Shown here piece by piece: positions 35,254-44,090 of a DNA stretch of 64,000 nt; the first letter of the stretch is position 1; each line of letters opens with the position of its first letter. The notes under the pieces were generated by a model. It was not told the DNA's origin. It made no database searches and saw nothing but the letters and a program-made list of their open reading frames with translations. The DNA comes from Escherichia phage CL1, in sequence record OK040806; one strand, 5' to 3'. Both the position numbers and the translations under genes were made by a program.

Positions 35254-35556
35254 ATTGGATGTTAGATATGGCAGAGAGTATTATTGGGTTGTTCATAGGT
35301 TCTGTCTTACTAGGGTTCTTTTTAGGACTCTCCTATTGTGAGTTGAGAGATAAGCTAAAATGTTTAAAATACCAAAAACGTTGATATACATACTCCACAT
35401 ACTAATCTTCTTCTTTGGGGTTAGTGTTATGGTATGGGGTTTTTCAGACCCACAATGGAGTTTCGCATATCATGGTTAGATGGATTTATGGTCATGCTTC
35501 AAACCATTTTTAGGGTTAGCTATAGCATTCAGTGCATTGCCAACTAAGGTGAAATT

Positions 35557-35952
35557 ATGATTAAGTTGAACAAAAAACAGTTAGAGTGGATTAAAGATTA
35601 CGCCTCAGAGTGTGGCTCTTGCGAAAAGAGTCACGTAAGATATTCAATATTCCATATAACCTTCACATTGTATATCAGTGACAACGTTCTGAGTGATTCC
35701 GTAGAAGACGGTGTAGCATTAACTAATGAGTTACTTGATAAACTAGCTGTAGTCACTGGAACTTGGTCTGAAGAAGACGGTCATGAATTATCTGACAATG
35801 TTGTCTTCTACACCATTGAAAACATTATGAACCCAGAGTATATTGCACTCATGACTTGTGCACAAGACTGTGTGCTCTTACAAGACTTCATTAAAGAGCA
35901 CTGTGAAGAGTTTATTACTAAATATGTTCCTTGTCAGGTAGTGTTTGAATAA
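35557..35952 (+). CDS. hypothetical protein
   Basis: 131-aa ORF with AAGGTGA SD. Confidence 0.35.
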   Translation: MIKLNKKQLEWIKDYASECGSCEKSHVRYSIFHITFTLYISDNVLSDSVEDGVALTNELLDKLAVVTGTWSEEDGHELSDNVVFYTIENIMNPEYIALMTCAQDCVLLQDFIKEHCEEFITKYVPCQVVFE

Positions 35953-36011
35953 GCAAAACAATTCGAAGAGAAGGTTTAAATAATATTTATATGTATTGGT
36001 GAGGTAACTAG

Positions 36012-36498
36012 ATGAATTACATGGAGATTAGGCCATTTGACACAGCTAATGGTGAAGGGGTTCGTGTAAGCCTCTTTGTAGCTGGTTGTAAGCATCACTG
36101 TGAAGGCTGCTTTAACAGGGAGTCTTGGAAGTTTAATGCTGGTAAAGAGTTTACTTATGCAAACCTCTACGGCATCATTAAGTTAATGGATGATGAGGCC
36201 ATCAGTGGGTTGTCAATACTCGGTGGAGAGCCTCTGGATGACAGAAATATTCAAGAGGTTACCAACATATGCAAACGTATTAAAACAGTTTACCCAGAAA
36301 AGTCTATATGGCTCTGGACAGGTTTTCAGTTACACGAAAAAAATTCACTTAGATGTGATGAAATATGTTGACGTGGTGATTGATGGTAAGTATGATTCAT
36401 CTAAACCAACAGTTAAACCTTATCGTGGCTCTGATAACCAAAACCTCTGGAGAAAAGAGTATGGGTGGCAAGGTGATTGTCAATGGCGAGCAGAATAA
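36012..36498 (+). CDS. nrdG: anaerobic RNR activating protein NrdG (radical SAM), reading frame interrupted at an A7 run
   Basis: N-terminal part (36012..36371) has C-x3-C-x2-C (CKHHCEGC); C-terminal part continues in the +1 frame (36337..36498, ...KKIHLDVMKYVDVVIDGKYD...); frames meet at AAAAAAA 36337-36343. Confidence 0.6.
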
Positions 36499-36580
36499 AT
36501 TTAAACATTGGTGGCAATGTTGTTGGTGTCACTGAAGAAGAACCTAAAACATTTTGTGAAAAGATTGAGAGAGATATGAA

Positions 36581-36838
36581 ATGGGAATCTGGAACAGTTT
36601 TAAATCAAAAGTAAAAGCAGCACTGGCATCACTAGGTATGCTCACTGGTGTTGATGTGACTCATCTCATGCAGCACTTCAAGATGGATGAGAAACTAGCT
36701 AATGAGATTATGAAAAGTATCTATGTAGGTCGTGGTAAAGGTGGTAAAAAACAAGCACATCGACCAACTGGTGCAGCAGCTATTAAACGGGCAGCTAAGA
36801 AAGCTCGTAACCGTAAACGTAACAAGAAGGCTAAATAA
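36581..36838 (+). CDS. hypothetical protein with highly basic C-terminus
   Basis: 85 aa; C-terminal ...KRAAKKARNRKRNKKAK. Confidence 0.35.
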   Translation: MGIWNSFKSKVKAALASLGMLTGVDVTHLMQHFKMDEKLANEIMKSIYVGRGKGGKKQAHRPTGAAAIKRAAKKARNRKRNKKAK

Positions 36839-36840
36839 TC

Positions 36841-37161
36841 ATGAGCAAAGTTTATAACACTCGTAAATTACAGATTTTCGTACTGTGCCAGTTTATGGCT
36901 AAAGAGTATAACTACTACTACTGCGGTACAGGGTTCATTAGTGATGATGACGGCTCATATCTACCATTCAAAGAGGCTGTAAAACTCTTCAATGAAGAGG
37001 AAAGCTCTAAGAAAGATATTGAAAAGGTTAAGCTAACCTACAGCAAGAAAGATAAGAAGATTATCTGCCTAGATAACTTTGTAAAAGTTACTGGAGAAGC
37101 GAAAGAGTTTATGGATGAGAGTGAGATTTCATTCACAAGCATCTTGAAAGTAGCTCAGTAA
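36841..37161 (+). CDS. hypothetical protein
   Basis: 106-aa ORF followed by terminator. Confidence 0.35.
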   Translation: MSKVYNTRKLQIFVLCQFMAKEYNYYYCGTGFISDDDGSYLPFKEAVKLFNEEESSKKDIEKVKLTYSKKDKKIICLDNFVKVTGEAKEFMDESEISFTSILKVAQ

Positions 37162-37172
37162 ACAGATACTAT

Positions 37173-37203
37173 AAGGGGACTGTAAAGGTTCCCTTTTTAT
37201 TTT
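37173..37203 (+). terminator. intrinsic terminator
   Basis: AAGGGGA-loop-TTCCCTT stem followed by TTTATTTT. Confidence 0.5.
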
Positions 37204-37212
37204 GGAGATAAC

Positions 37213-37728
37213 ATGTATCTGTCAAACCTGAAACGTTCGGCTGCAATGTCAGTTCTAAGACTCAGTTTTGAGGAACGTCAAGAGTTCATTGACTCCCACC
37301 AATACGACCCTTCTAACTCAAATCACATGATTCTCTGGAATCGTGAGAGTACTCGTGAAAGAGCACTATTCCGCTATTACCCACACTACACTATAGATAA
37401 CTTGTATGAATGTTTTGTTGTGAAGAACACCATTGCAGTGCTCAATAAGCTTTGCAGATACACAGGTAACAAGTCCTTCACATTAGGTCACCACAAACCT
37501 GTTACAAAAGGTGGTGAACATCACTGCGCAAACTGGTTTATCCAAACTAAAGCTGATAACCAGAAGCAAGGAGATAGACTCCTAAGCATCCCTAAGATGA
37601 CCTATGAAGAGCAAGAGAAATATATCAAAAATAATATGCCAGATGTGCTTGACAACAACTATACAGATTTGGCAATATCTCTCCTGTTGAAGTTCGAGAC
37701 AGTTTATAGGGCAACTTACAATGGCTAG
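37213..37728 (+). CDS. HNH endonuclease (putative homing endonuclease)
   Basis: GHHKPVTKGGEHHCANWFIQTKADNQ matches HNH (H-H...GG...N...N) core. Confidence 0.5.
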   Translation: MYLSNLKRSAAMSVLRLSFEERQEFIDSHQYDPSNSNHMILWNRESTRERALFRYYPHYTIDNLYECFVVKNTIAVLNKLCRYTGNKSFTLGHHKPVTKGGEHHCANWFIQTKADNQKQGDRLLSIPKMTYEEQEKYIKNNMPDVLDNNYTDLAISLLLKFETVYRATYNG

Positions 37729-37999
37729 AACAGATTGGGAAGTAAAAGAACTTGTAAGTGATGCTGGAAATGGCTGTGAGATGTATATGATTCGTGGTCA
37801 TGTACCAGACCCATTAGCTATTGAGATGATTGACCATCACACAAGTGGATTCTACAAAGAACTCGGTGAACCAAGTATTGAAAGAACTTGGACAAAACCA
37901 GTTCCAGATAGCACAGGTAACTGCTCAGTAATCTATCACATTGTGAATCCACAAAAATGCAAAACAGCTATGGCTGTGACATTCGTAACTTTTGATTGA
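37721..37999 (+). CDS. hypothetical protein
   Basis: 92-aa ORF, ATGGCT overlap with HNH gene end. Confidence 0.3.
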   Translation: MARTDWEVKELVSDAGNGCEMYMIRGHVPDPLAIEMIDHHTSGFYKELGEPSIERTWTKPVPDSTGNCSVIYHIVNPQKCKTAMAVTFVTFD

Positions 38000-38010
38000 G
38001 AGGGAAAACT

Positions 38011-38892
38011 ATGAAAACATCTATCCGTGTTACAGTTCATTCACCAACTAAAGGTACTCATGAAGAAGAGTTTAACATCATCCAATTTCCTTCTGGTGAG
38101 ATTGGTGGACACTTTTCACAAGAGCTTGTTGATTTCACTGCTTATGCAGCATCATCCATCAACAATGTGATTATGATTGTAAAAGGTTATGATAAAGACA
38201 CATTGTTTGCTGTGGCACTTGCTAAAGAAGCAATTGATGATTTAGTCCCTCATGATTATGCTTTAAAGACTGTCATCTTTTACTACTTACCAAATGCACG
38301 ATACGACCGTCACATGTTTAAAGGTGATGCAGCAGCTTTAAAGGTTTTTGCTAAGCAGGTCAATGCAATGGGGTTTGGCGCAGTCTGTGCAGTTGACCCT
38401 CACAGTTATGTACCAGATAACCTGTTTAACTGCTTCCAGAGTATTCCTCAAAAGGAAATTGCAGTCCACTATGCAAATGACCCACTGGTTGATTACTTAG
38501 TAGCCCCAGATGCAGGTGCTTCTAAGAAGATTGCAGAGACTGCTAAAGAGGTGGATAAACCATATGTCACAATGTCTAAAGTACGTAACCTTAAGACTGG
38601 TGAAATTACTGGTATGCGAATCCTTGATGATGTTGATTTGACAGATAAAACCGTCATGATTCTGGATGATATTTGCGATGGTGGTCGAACCTTCATAGAG
38701 GCAGCTAAACATCTTCGTGAAGCAGGTGCAAGACGTGTGGAACTCTATGTAACTCATGGCATTTTCTCTAAAGGTGTTGAAAACTTGCTTGACAACGGCA
38801 TTGACCACATCTACACTACAAACTCTTTAGGGGAAGCTAAAGACCGTGGCTTAACACATTATGGTCAAGTTACTGTAGCAAACCTTGATTAA
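38011..38892 (+). CDS. prs: ribose-phosphate pyrophosphokinase (Prs) family protein; possible ADP-ribose pyrophosphokinase
   Basis: Prs-like blocks: YYLPNARYDR, AVDPHSY, LVAPDAGASKKIA, PRPP-binding loop VMILDDICDGGRTF...ARRVELYVTHGIFSKG; start at ATG with GAGGGA SD. Confidence 0.7.
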   Translation: MKTSIRVTVHSPTKGTHEEEFNIIQFPSGEIGGHFSQELVDFTAYAASSINNVIMIVKGYDKDTLFAVALAKEAIDDLVPHDYALKTVIFYYLPNARYDRHMFKGDAAALKVFAKQVNAMGFGAVCAVDPHSYVPDNLFNCFQSIPQKEIAVHYANDPLVDYLVAPDAGASKKIAETAKEVDKPYVTMSKVRNLKTGEITGMRILDDVDLTDKTVMILDDICDGGRTFIEAAKHLREAGARRVELYVTHGIFSKGVENLLDNGIDHIYTTNSLGEAKDRGLTHYGQVTVANLD

Positions 38893-38901
38893 AACTTTAT
38901 A

Positions 38902-38923
38902 GGGGCTTACAAGCCCCATTTTG
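38902..38923 (+). promoter_or_regulatory. GGGGCTT-ACA-AGCCCC stem-loop between the Prs-like and NAMPT-like genes
   Basis: hairpin 38902-38917 followed by ATTTTG (partial U-tract); same stem sequence family as the cassette hairpins. Confidence 0.45.
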
Positions 38924-38937
38924 AGAGAGATTAAAAG

Positions 38938-40719
38938 ATGACTAACTCACTTTATGCAGTACCAGCAGGTTTAAACGCAGATGCTTACAAATCTGGCCAT
39001 ATTTATCAGTATCCTAGTGTAACAGAGCATCTAATGTTCAACCTGACACCACGTAGTGATAAATGGTTTAACAGCCCTTTAGCAATTGATGGTGTAGTAG
39101 CTTTTGGTATTCAACGTTTTGTTAAAGATTACTTGATAGACCACTGGAATGCCACCTTCTTTGAACGTGACAAAAAAGAAGCAATTGACGAAATCTTGGA
39201 AGTCATGAACGGTGTTCTGGGTAAAGATGCTATTGGTCGAGAACATTGGGAAGCACTTCACGACTTAGGTTATCTACCAGTTGAAGTATACGCTGTAGAA
39301 GAAGGTACAGTTGTCCCTATGCGTGTTCCAATGATTGTATTCCAGAACACTGTTTCAGGTTTCCATTGGGTAGCAGGGTATCTAGAAGATGCTTTCTCTG
39401 CTGAGATTTGGAAGGCTTGTACCATTGCAACTATTGCATTGCACTACAAACGTATCTGTAAGAAGTGGTCTGACCTTACTTGTGACAATGACTTACATTT
39501 ACCTTATCAGTGCCATGATTTTGCTATGCGTGGTATGTCCGGCTTTACTGATGACGCATTTAACGCTGTAGGTCACTTGACTAGCTTTAAAGGAACTGAT
39601 AGCTTCCCTGCTGTGTATACAGCTAAACGCACCTATGGACAGTCCTACCCAATCTCTGATATCGGTGGTTCTGTACCAGCCACTGAGCATTCTGTAATGT
39701 GTGCAAACATTGCTTGGGAAGGTGGTAATGAGTTGATTGAAGAAGAAAGACGCTTTAAAGGTGAGTTACAAACCTTTCGTCGTTTCTTAACAGAAACTTA
39801 CCCAACTGGTATTGCAAGTGTTGTTTCAGATACTTATAACTTCTGGAGAACTGTGTCAGAAATCTTACCAGCACTTCGCAAAGAGATTATGGAACGTGAT
39901 GGTAAACTGGTGATTCGTCCTGACTCTGGAGACCCTGTACATATTGTCACAGGATATAAAGCAATCCACTTAGAGTGTGCTAAAAAGGCTTATTATGAAC
40001 ACCTAAGCAAGCTGGAAGCCAGTGACACAATGCTGAATGCTGTTCTGAACATGAAGCTTGAGAACATCAACTATGGTATTGCTGGGTGGCTACTGTCAGA
40101 AGGCTACGAAATGGTTGTTGACAGAGAAGACTTTGAAGTTGCCGATACAGTAATGTTGAAAAATGCTTATATGGTTGGTTCTGCAAACGTTGTAACGCGT
40201 CCTGTAGCGGAGATTGATGGAGCTATCAAGACACTGTATAACATCTTTGGAGGAACTATCAACTCTAAAGGTTTTAAAGTACTGGATGAGCACATCGGGC
40301 TTATTTATGGCGACTCTATCACGTTGGAACGTGCAAACGAAATACTGAAGCGTTTGTATGAAATGGGTTTTGCAAGCTCTAACGTAGTGTTTGGTGTAGG
40401 TTCTTACACTTACCAGTACATGACTCGTGACACCTTTGCATTTGCTGTCAAAGCAACTCTTGCAAGCATTGGTGGTAAAGAGATTATGCTTGCAAAAGAC
40501 CCTAAAACAGATAGTGGTGTTAAGAAGTCTGCTTTTGGTGGAGTAGCACCTATGTGGGATGGTGAAAATCTGAAAGCTGTAGATGGCTATGGGTTCCAGA
40601 GCTTTGCAGATGCACTTGAACACCCAGCTTGTGCTTTACGTTTAGTCTTTAGCGACTCTGAGCAGTTCGGCTACACGACTCTTGGTGATATTCGAAATAA
40701 TATTGACAAGCAGCTTTAA
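38938..40719 (+). CDS. nadV: nicotinamide phosphoribosyltransferase (NadV/NAMPT) family protein; possible nicotinamide ADP-ribose transferase
   Basis: 593-aa NAPRTase-family-like sequence immediately downstream of the Prs-like gene; longer than typical bacterial NadV. Confidence 0.7.
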   Translation: MTNSLYAVPAGLNADAYKSGHIYQYPSVTEHLMFNLTPRSDKWFNSPLAIDGVVAFGIQRFVKDYLIDHWNATFFERDKKEAIDEILEVMNGVLGKDAIGREHWEALHDLGYLPVEVYAVEEGTVVPMRVPMIVFQNTVSGFHWVAGYLEDAFSAEIWKACTIATIALHYKRICKKWSDLTCDNDLHLPYQCHDFAMRGMSGFTDDAFNAVGHLTSFKGTDSFPAVYTAKRTYGQSYPISDIGGSVPATEHSVMCANIAWEGGNELIEEERRFKGELQTFRRFLTETYPTGIASVVSDTYNFWRTVSEILPALRKEIMERDGKLVIRPDSGDPVHIVTGYKAIHLECAKKAYYEHLSKLEASDTMLNAVLNMKLENINYGIAGWLLSEGYEMVVDREDFEVADTVMLKNAYMVGSANVVTRPVAEIDGAIKTLYNIFGGTINSKGFKVLDEHIGLIYGDSITLERANEILKRLYEMGFASSNVVFGVGSYTYQYMTRDTFAFAVKATLASIGGKEIMLAKDPKTDSGVKKSAFGGVAPMWDGENLKAVDGYGFQSFADALEHPACALRLVFSDSEQFGYTTLGDIRNNIDKQL

Positions 40720-40734
40720 AAGTATATGATAAAA

Positions 40735-40755
40735 GGCTCCTACGGGAGCCTTTTT
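40735..40755 (+). terminator. intrinsic terminator after NAMPT-like gene
   Basis: GGCTCC-TACG-GGAGCC stem followed by TTTTT. Confidence 0.7.
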
Positions 40756-40772
40756 AATTTCTGGAGAATGCT

Positions 40773-41117
40773 ATGGACAACCTTTCCATATGGTTTAACA
40801 AGAAACCTGTGCAACCAAAATACTTACAAGTTGCATATACAGACATCCTTGAAGTTCTCGGTAAAGAAAAGTTTGAAAAGTTTTGTGAAGGTATCTACAA
40901 TCACCACTGCCAATTTGCTACAAAAGAAGGTATGTTTGTCATAGAACAGTTCTTTGGCAGAGACCCAGATGACTACGAAGAGATTAGCTTTGTAATGAAA
41001 TACATGATAGAGTATATTGAAAATCGTGGATTCGAAGTTAATCCTGAATTTTATGAACATGAGGGTGTGCCTTTAGTAAAAGGTTTTGATGGCATACTCG
41101 TTAACTGGACTTGGTGA
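40773..41117 (+). CDS. hypothetical protein
   Basis: 114-aa ORF with GGAG SD. Confidence 0.35.
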   Translation: MDNLSIWFNKKPVQPKYLQVAYTDILEVLGKEKFEKFCEGIYNHHCQFATKEGMFVIEQFFGRDPDDYEEISFVMKYMIEYIENRGFEVNPEFYEHEGVPLVKGFDGILVNWTW

Positions 41118-41122
41118 AAATT

Positions 41123-41458
41123 ATGAAAATCAAAGAAATGAACATCAATATTGTCTTAGAAGAGCGTTGGGAGAACATCAAGAAGCATGAGAGTGGTCAT
41201 AAGTTCCTTAACAAAATCTTAGTAGCAGCCAAAGAAGAACTGACTGGCAAGGTTGCAGCAGCAATTACAATAAAGGTCTGTGTAAAAGGTCTTCCAGACA
41301 ATCACCAATTTGCACTTGACGAGTTTAAAGAAAGCTTCTACAATCCAAACAAACAGATGCTTGAAAGTAACTTTGCAGTGTCTACAAGTATTGTTCATGA
41401 CAGAAGTTTTATCCTTTACAAGAATATGAGAGGTGAGTCATGCAAGCATATTGGATAG
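41123..41458 (+). CDS. hypothetical protein
   Basis: track start TTG; first ATG (MKIKEM) used. Confidence 0.35.
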   Translation: MKIKEMNINIVLEERWENIKKHESGHKFLNKILVAAKEELTGKVAAAITIKVCVKGLPDNHQFALDEFKESFYNPNKQMLESNFAVSTSIVHDRSFILYKNMRGESCKHIG

Positions 41459-41616
41459 AAATTTTACTGTCACTTGGTAGTGTAGCAGTGTTTGTTTACC
41501 TTCTTTGCAAGTACTATGCAGAGCACAAAAAATGTGACTACTGTAATGGGGAAGGTTATACAAGAGCAGGTTGTTGCCCTATGTGTGGCGGTTCTGGTAA
41601 AATGTTTAATAAGTAA
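41440..41616 (+). CDS. small membrane protein with C-terminal CxxCxGxG zinc finger (below track cutoff)
   Basis: 58-aa ORF; hydrophobic helix then CDYCNGEG...CPMCGGSG; GAGGTGA SD. Confidence 0.35.
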   Translation: MQAYWIEILLSLGSVAVFVYLLCKYYAEHKKCDYCNGEGYTRAGCCPMCGGSGKMFNK

Positions 41617-41644
41617 CTTAACAGTAAACTAAGAGGAAAGTATT

Positions 41645-44011
41645 ATGCGCATGGTAAACGACCACGCAGAAGTGATTAAGAGTTCAACTTCTTTAGAGAC
41701 GTCTCAAGCACAGATTACAATGACACCTGAAATGTTCAGCCTTTTGAGTTCTGGTGTATACACCTTTAAAGAAAGGGCAGTGATTCGTGAGCTGTCATGT
41801 AACGCAGTAGATGCTCAGAAAGAAGCTGGAAAAGAGAACATCCCGTTCCATGTGCATTTGCCTACTCGTTTTGAGCCTTACTTTGAAGTTCGTGATTTTG
41901 GAACTGGATTAACTCATGATAAAGTTATGAGTTTGTACCTAAACTACGGGGCTTCTACGAAGAATGACTCTAATGACTACATTGGTGCAATGGGTATCGG
42001 CTCGAAATCCCCATTTGCAATTGCTCAGTCATTCACAGTGTCCAGTTATGTTGATGGTGTTGTTAATAAGTACTCTGTTTATCTTGAGAATGGTATCCCT
42101 CAAGTGACTAAACTTACTACTAACCCAACAAAAGAGCCAAATGGCTTAGCTGTACGTGTAGCAGTTGCTGACCATCGTATCTCAAAGTTCTTTGAAGAAG
42201 CTGGTCACGTATACTCATACTTTGCTGTAAAACCGGAAAGTAATATCGAGTATGACGATGTACTAGCAGATATGAACGTCATTGCCCGTGAAGAAGGTGT
42301 TTACGATGCTATGATTCATAAGCAAAGCTGGCGTTCTGGTGCTAATAGGACAGAGTTTAATGTGGTGATGGGTAACATTGCATACCCTGTTAATATGGAA
42401 GCATTACTTGGTGATGATTTCTTCAAAGTCTTGCCAGAATTTTTCCGTAGGAGCGTAGACCTTGTAAACATCTACATGCCTATTGGTTCAGTTGCTATTG
42501 CAGCTTCTCGTGAAGCATTGCAGATGAATGACACGACAAAAAATGTTATCATTGAGGCTACTAAAAAGATAACCGAAGCAATTACAAAGGATGTTATCAA
42601 GAAAGTTAATAACCAACCTACACTCATGGATGCTGCACAGGCTTATGCTGAGTTACGTTTGAACTCACGAGAGATGTTTAATGCTGTGTGTCCAAAGCTA
42701 GAGTGGGGTGGTGTTAAGCTTGATTCTCTGGAAGAAGAATTACTAAACATTCGTCGTGGAATTATCTACGCAGAAGACGGCTCAGTCATTTATGAACGTG
42801 ACGGTAAAGGTAATATTAAGGTTGATAGGAACGGGAACAATATCCCTAAAGTAGATTATCTTTATGACCCAGTTGCTTATGTCAAGTTCAACTCTTTAGA
42901 GAGTAAGATTCGTGCAACATCGCTTTCCTACACTCAAGAGGCAAGTATGTTCAATATCTTTGGCGCAATGCGTAAAAGCCAAATTGAACAGTTTTTGTTT
43001 GTTATCAATGACCGTCGCAATAAAAATGGTACTGAGAAGACTGTAGGACGCAATCAAATCTTGCGTGGTGCATGTCGAGACTATGCCAGTGAGTCAAATC
43101 TGTTTCACAGATACAACGGTATTGTCTTTGTATTCTCTACTGAGAAAGAGTTAGACGACTTAATCAATCTGCACAAACTTGATAAAAGCTTGTTAAAGAT
43201 TGTGAAGATGTCTGATAAGGAACACCATTATCAGCGTAAAGAAGCTGTAAGAGGTGTTGTAAAACTCTGGAAAGCTGTTCCAGCAGAAGGTGTAGCTTCA
43301 TACACAGAGGTGTCAGAAGACTTAGACACAATTGAAGAGCCTCAACTTTATATCAAGGCAGTAGGTGATACTGTTGATGGTGAATGTTTTTGCTCATCTC
43401 CAGATGATGTAGCTAAGTCAGTTGCCAATGTCATTGGAAAGACAGTCTATGTTTTCCGAAAAGCAAATTGGAAAAAGATACCAGAAGACTGGATTGAAGT
43501 AGATGAGAAGCTCTTGAACGACAGCTTAACTGATGTTCACTGGATTAACCATAACAGATATATGACACGTATCTACATGAATGGTGTCCTTGACCTCACA
43601 AGCAGTTGGATTATTGCCAGAAACTTTACGTTCAATAACAAGAAGATTTCTCGTGGCTATTGCTATTCACGAGACACAAACAAAACTATCTTCTTAGAAG
43701 GTAATGAAGATGCTGTTGAGGCAATGTTTGGTAAAATCCAATACGTTGCTGCACCGTTTGCATACACTTACACTATTAGCGTGTTGCAAGATTTGAAAAG
43801 TTGTCTTGATAATGATACAAAGCTTTACAAGAAAATTAAGAAAGCTGGTGACCGCATGGTCATTAAGGTGACAAACTACCTTTCAAAAAGAAAACAAGAA
43901 AACTTCTTGCTTTCTCATTTAGATTGGAATAAAGTGTCACCCATCGAAGTGAGTAAGTTCTTAGGCTTTGATGTGAAGTGTGTTCCAGAAGGGACTACAA
44001 TTTACGATTAA
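41645..44011 (+). CDS. rIIA: rIIA-like protein (GHKL ATPase-like N-terminus)
   Basis: 788 aa; N-terminal ELSCNAVDA...DFGTGL...GAMGIGSKS resembles GHKL-type ATPase motifs as in T4 rIIA; followed by rIIB-like gene. Confidence 0.55.
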   Translation: MRMVNDHAEVIKSSTSLETSQAQITMTPEMFSLLSSGVYTFKERAVIRELSCNAVDAQKEAGKENIPFHVHLPTRFEPYFEVRDFGTGLTHDKVMSLYLNYGASTKNDSNDYIGAMGIGSKSPFAIAQSFTVSSYVDGVVNKYSVYLENGIPQVTKLTTNPTKEPNGLAVRVAVADHRISKFFEEAGHVYSYFAVKPESNIEYDDVLADMNVIAREEGVYDAMIHKQSWRSGANRTEFNVVMGNIAYPVNMEALLGDDFFKVLPEFFRRSVDLVNIYMPIGSVAIAASREALQMNDTTKNVIIEATKKITEAITKDVIKKVNNQPTLMDAAQAYAELRLNSREMFNAVCPKLEWGGVKLDSLEEELLNIRRGIIYAEDGSVIYERDGKGNIKVDRNGNNIPKVDYLYDPVAYVKFNSLESKIRATSLSYTQEASMFNIFGAMRKSQIEQFLFVINDRRNKNGTEKTVGRNQILRGACRDYASESNLFHRYNGIVFVFSTEKELDDLINLHKLDKSLLKIVKMSDKEHHYQRKEAVRGVVKLWKAVPAEGVASYTEVSEDLDTIEEPQLYIKAVGDTVDGECFCSSPDDVAKSVANVIGKTVYVFRKANWKKIPEDWIEVDEKLLNDSLTDVHWINHNRYMTRIYMNGVLDLTSSWIIARNFTFNNKKISRGYCYSRDTNKTIFLEGNEDAVEAMFGKIQYVAAPFAYTYTISVLQDLKSCLDNDTKLYKKIKKAGDRMVIKVTNYLSKRKQENFLLSHLDWNKVSPIEVSKFLGFDVKCVPEGTTIYD

Positions 44012-44015
44012 AGTG

Positions 44016-44045
44016 TTTGACAAGGGGCTTCAAAGCCCCTTAGAA
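44016..44045 (+). promoter_or_regulatory. sigma70-like promoter (TTGACA-18-TAGAAT) with GGGGCTT-CA-AAGCCCC hairpin inside the spacer, upstream of rIIB-like gene
   Basis: TTGACA 44016-44021, hairpin 44023-44038, TAGAAT 44040-44045. Confidence 0.5.
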
Positions 44046-44090
44046 TAGCCTTACAAAATGATTTATTAACTAACAAGAGAGAGTAATAAG

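Noticed and set aside
40726-40944. 72-aa ORF overlapping the terminator and the start of gene 40773..41117
   Set aside because: Begins inside the terminator hairpin and is out of frame with the better-supported 114-aa ORF that has an SD.
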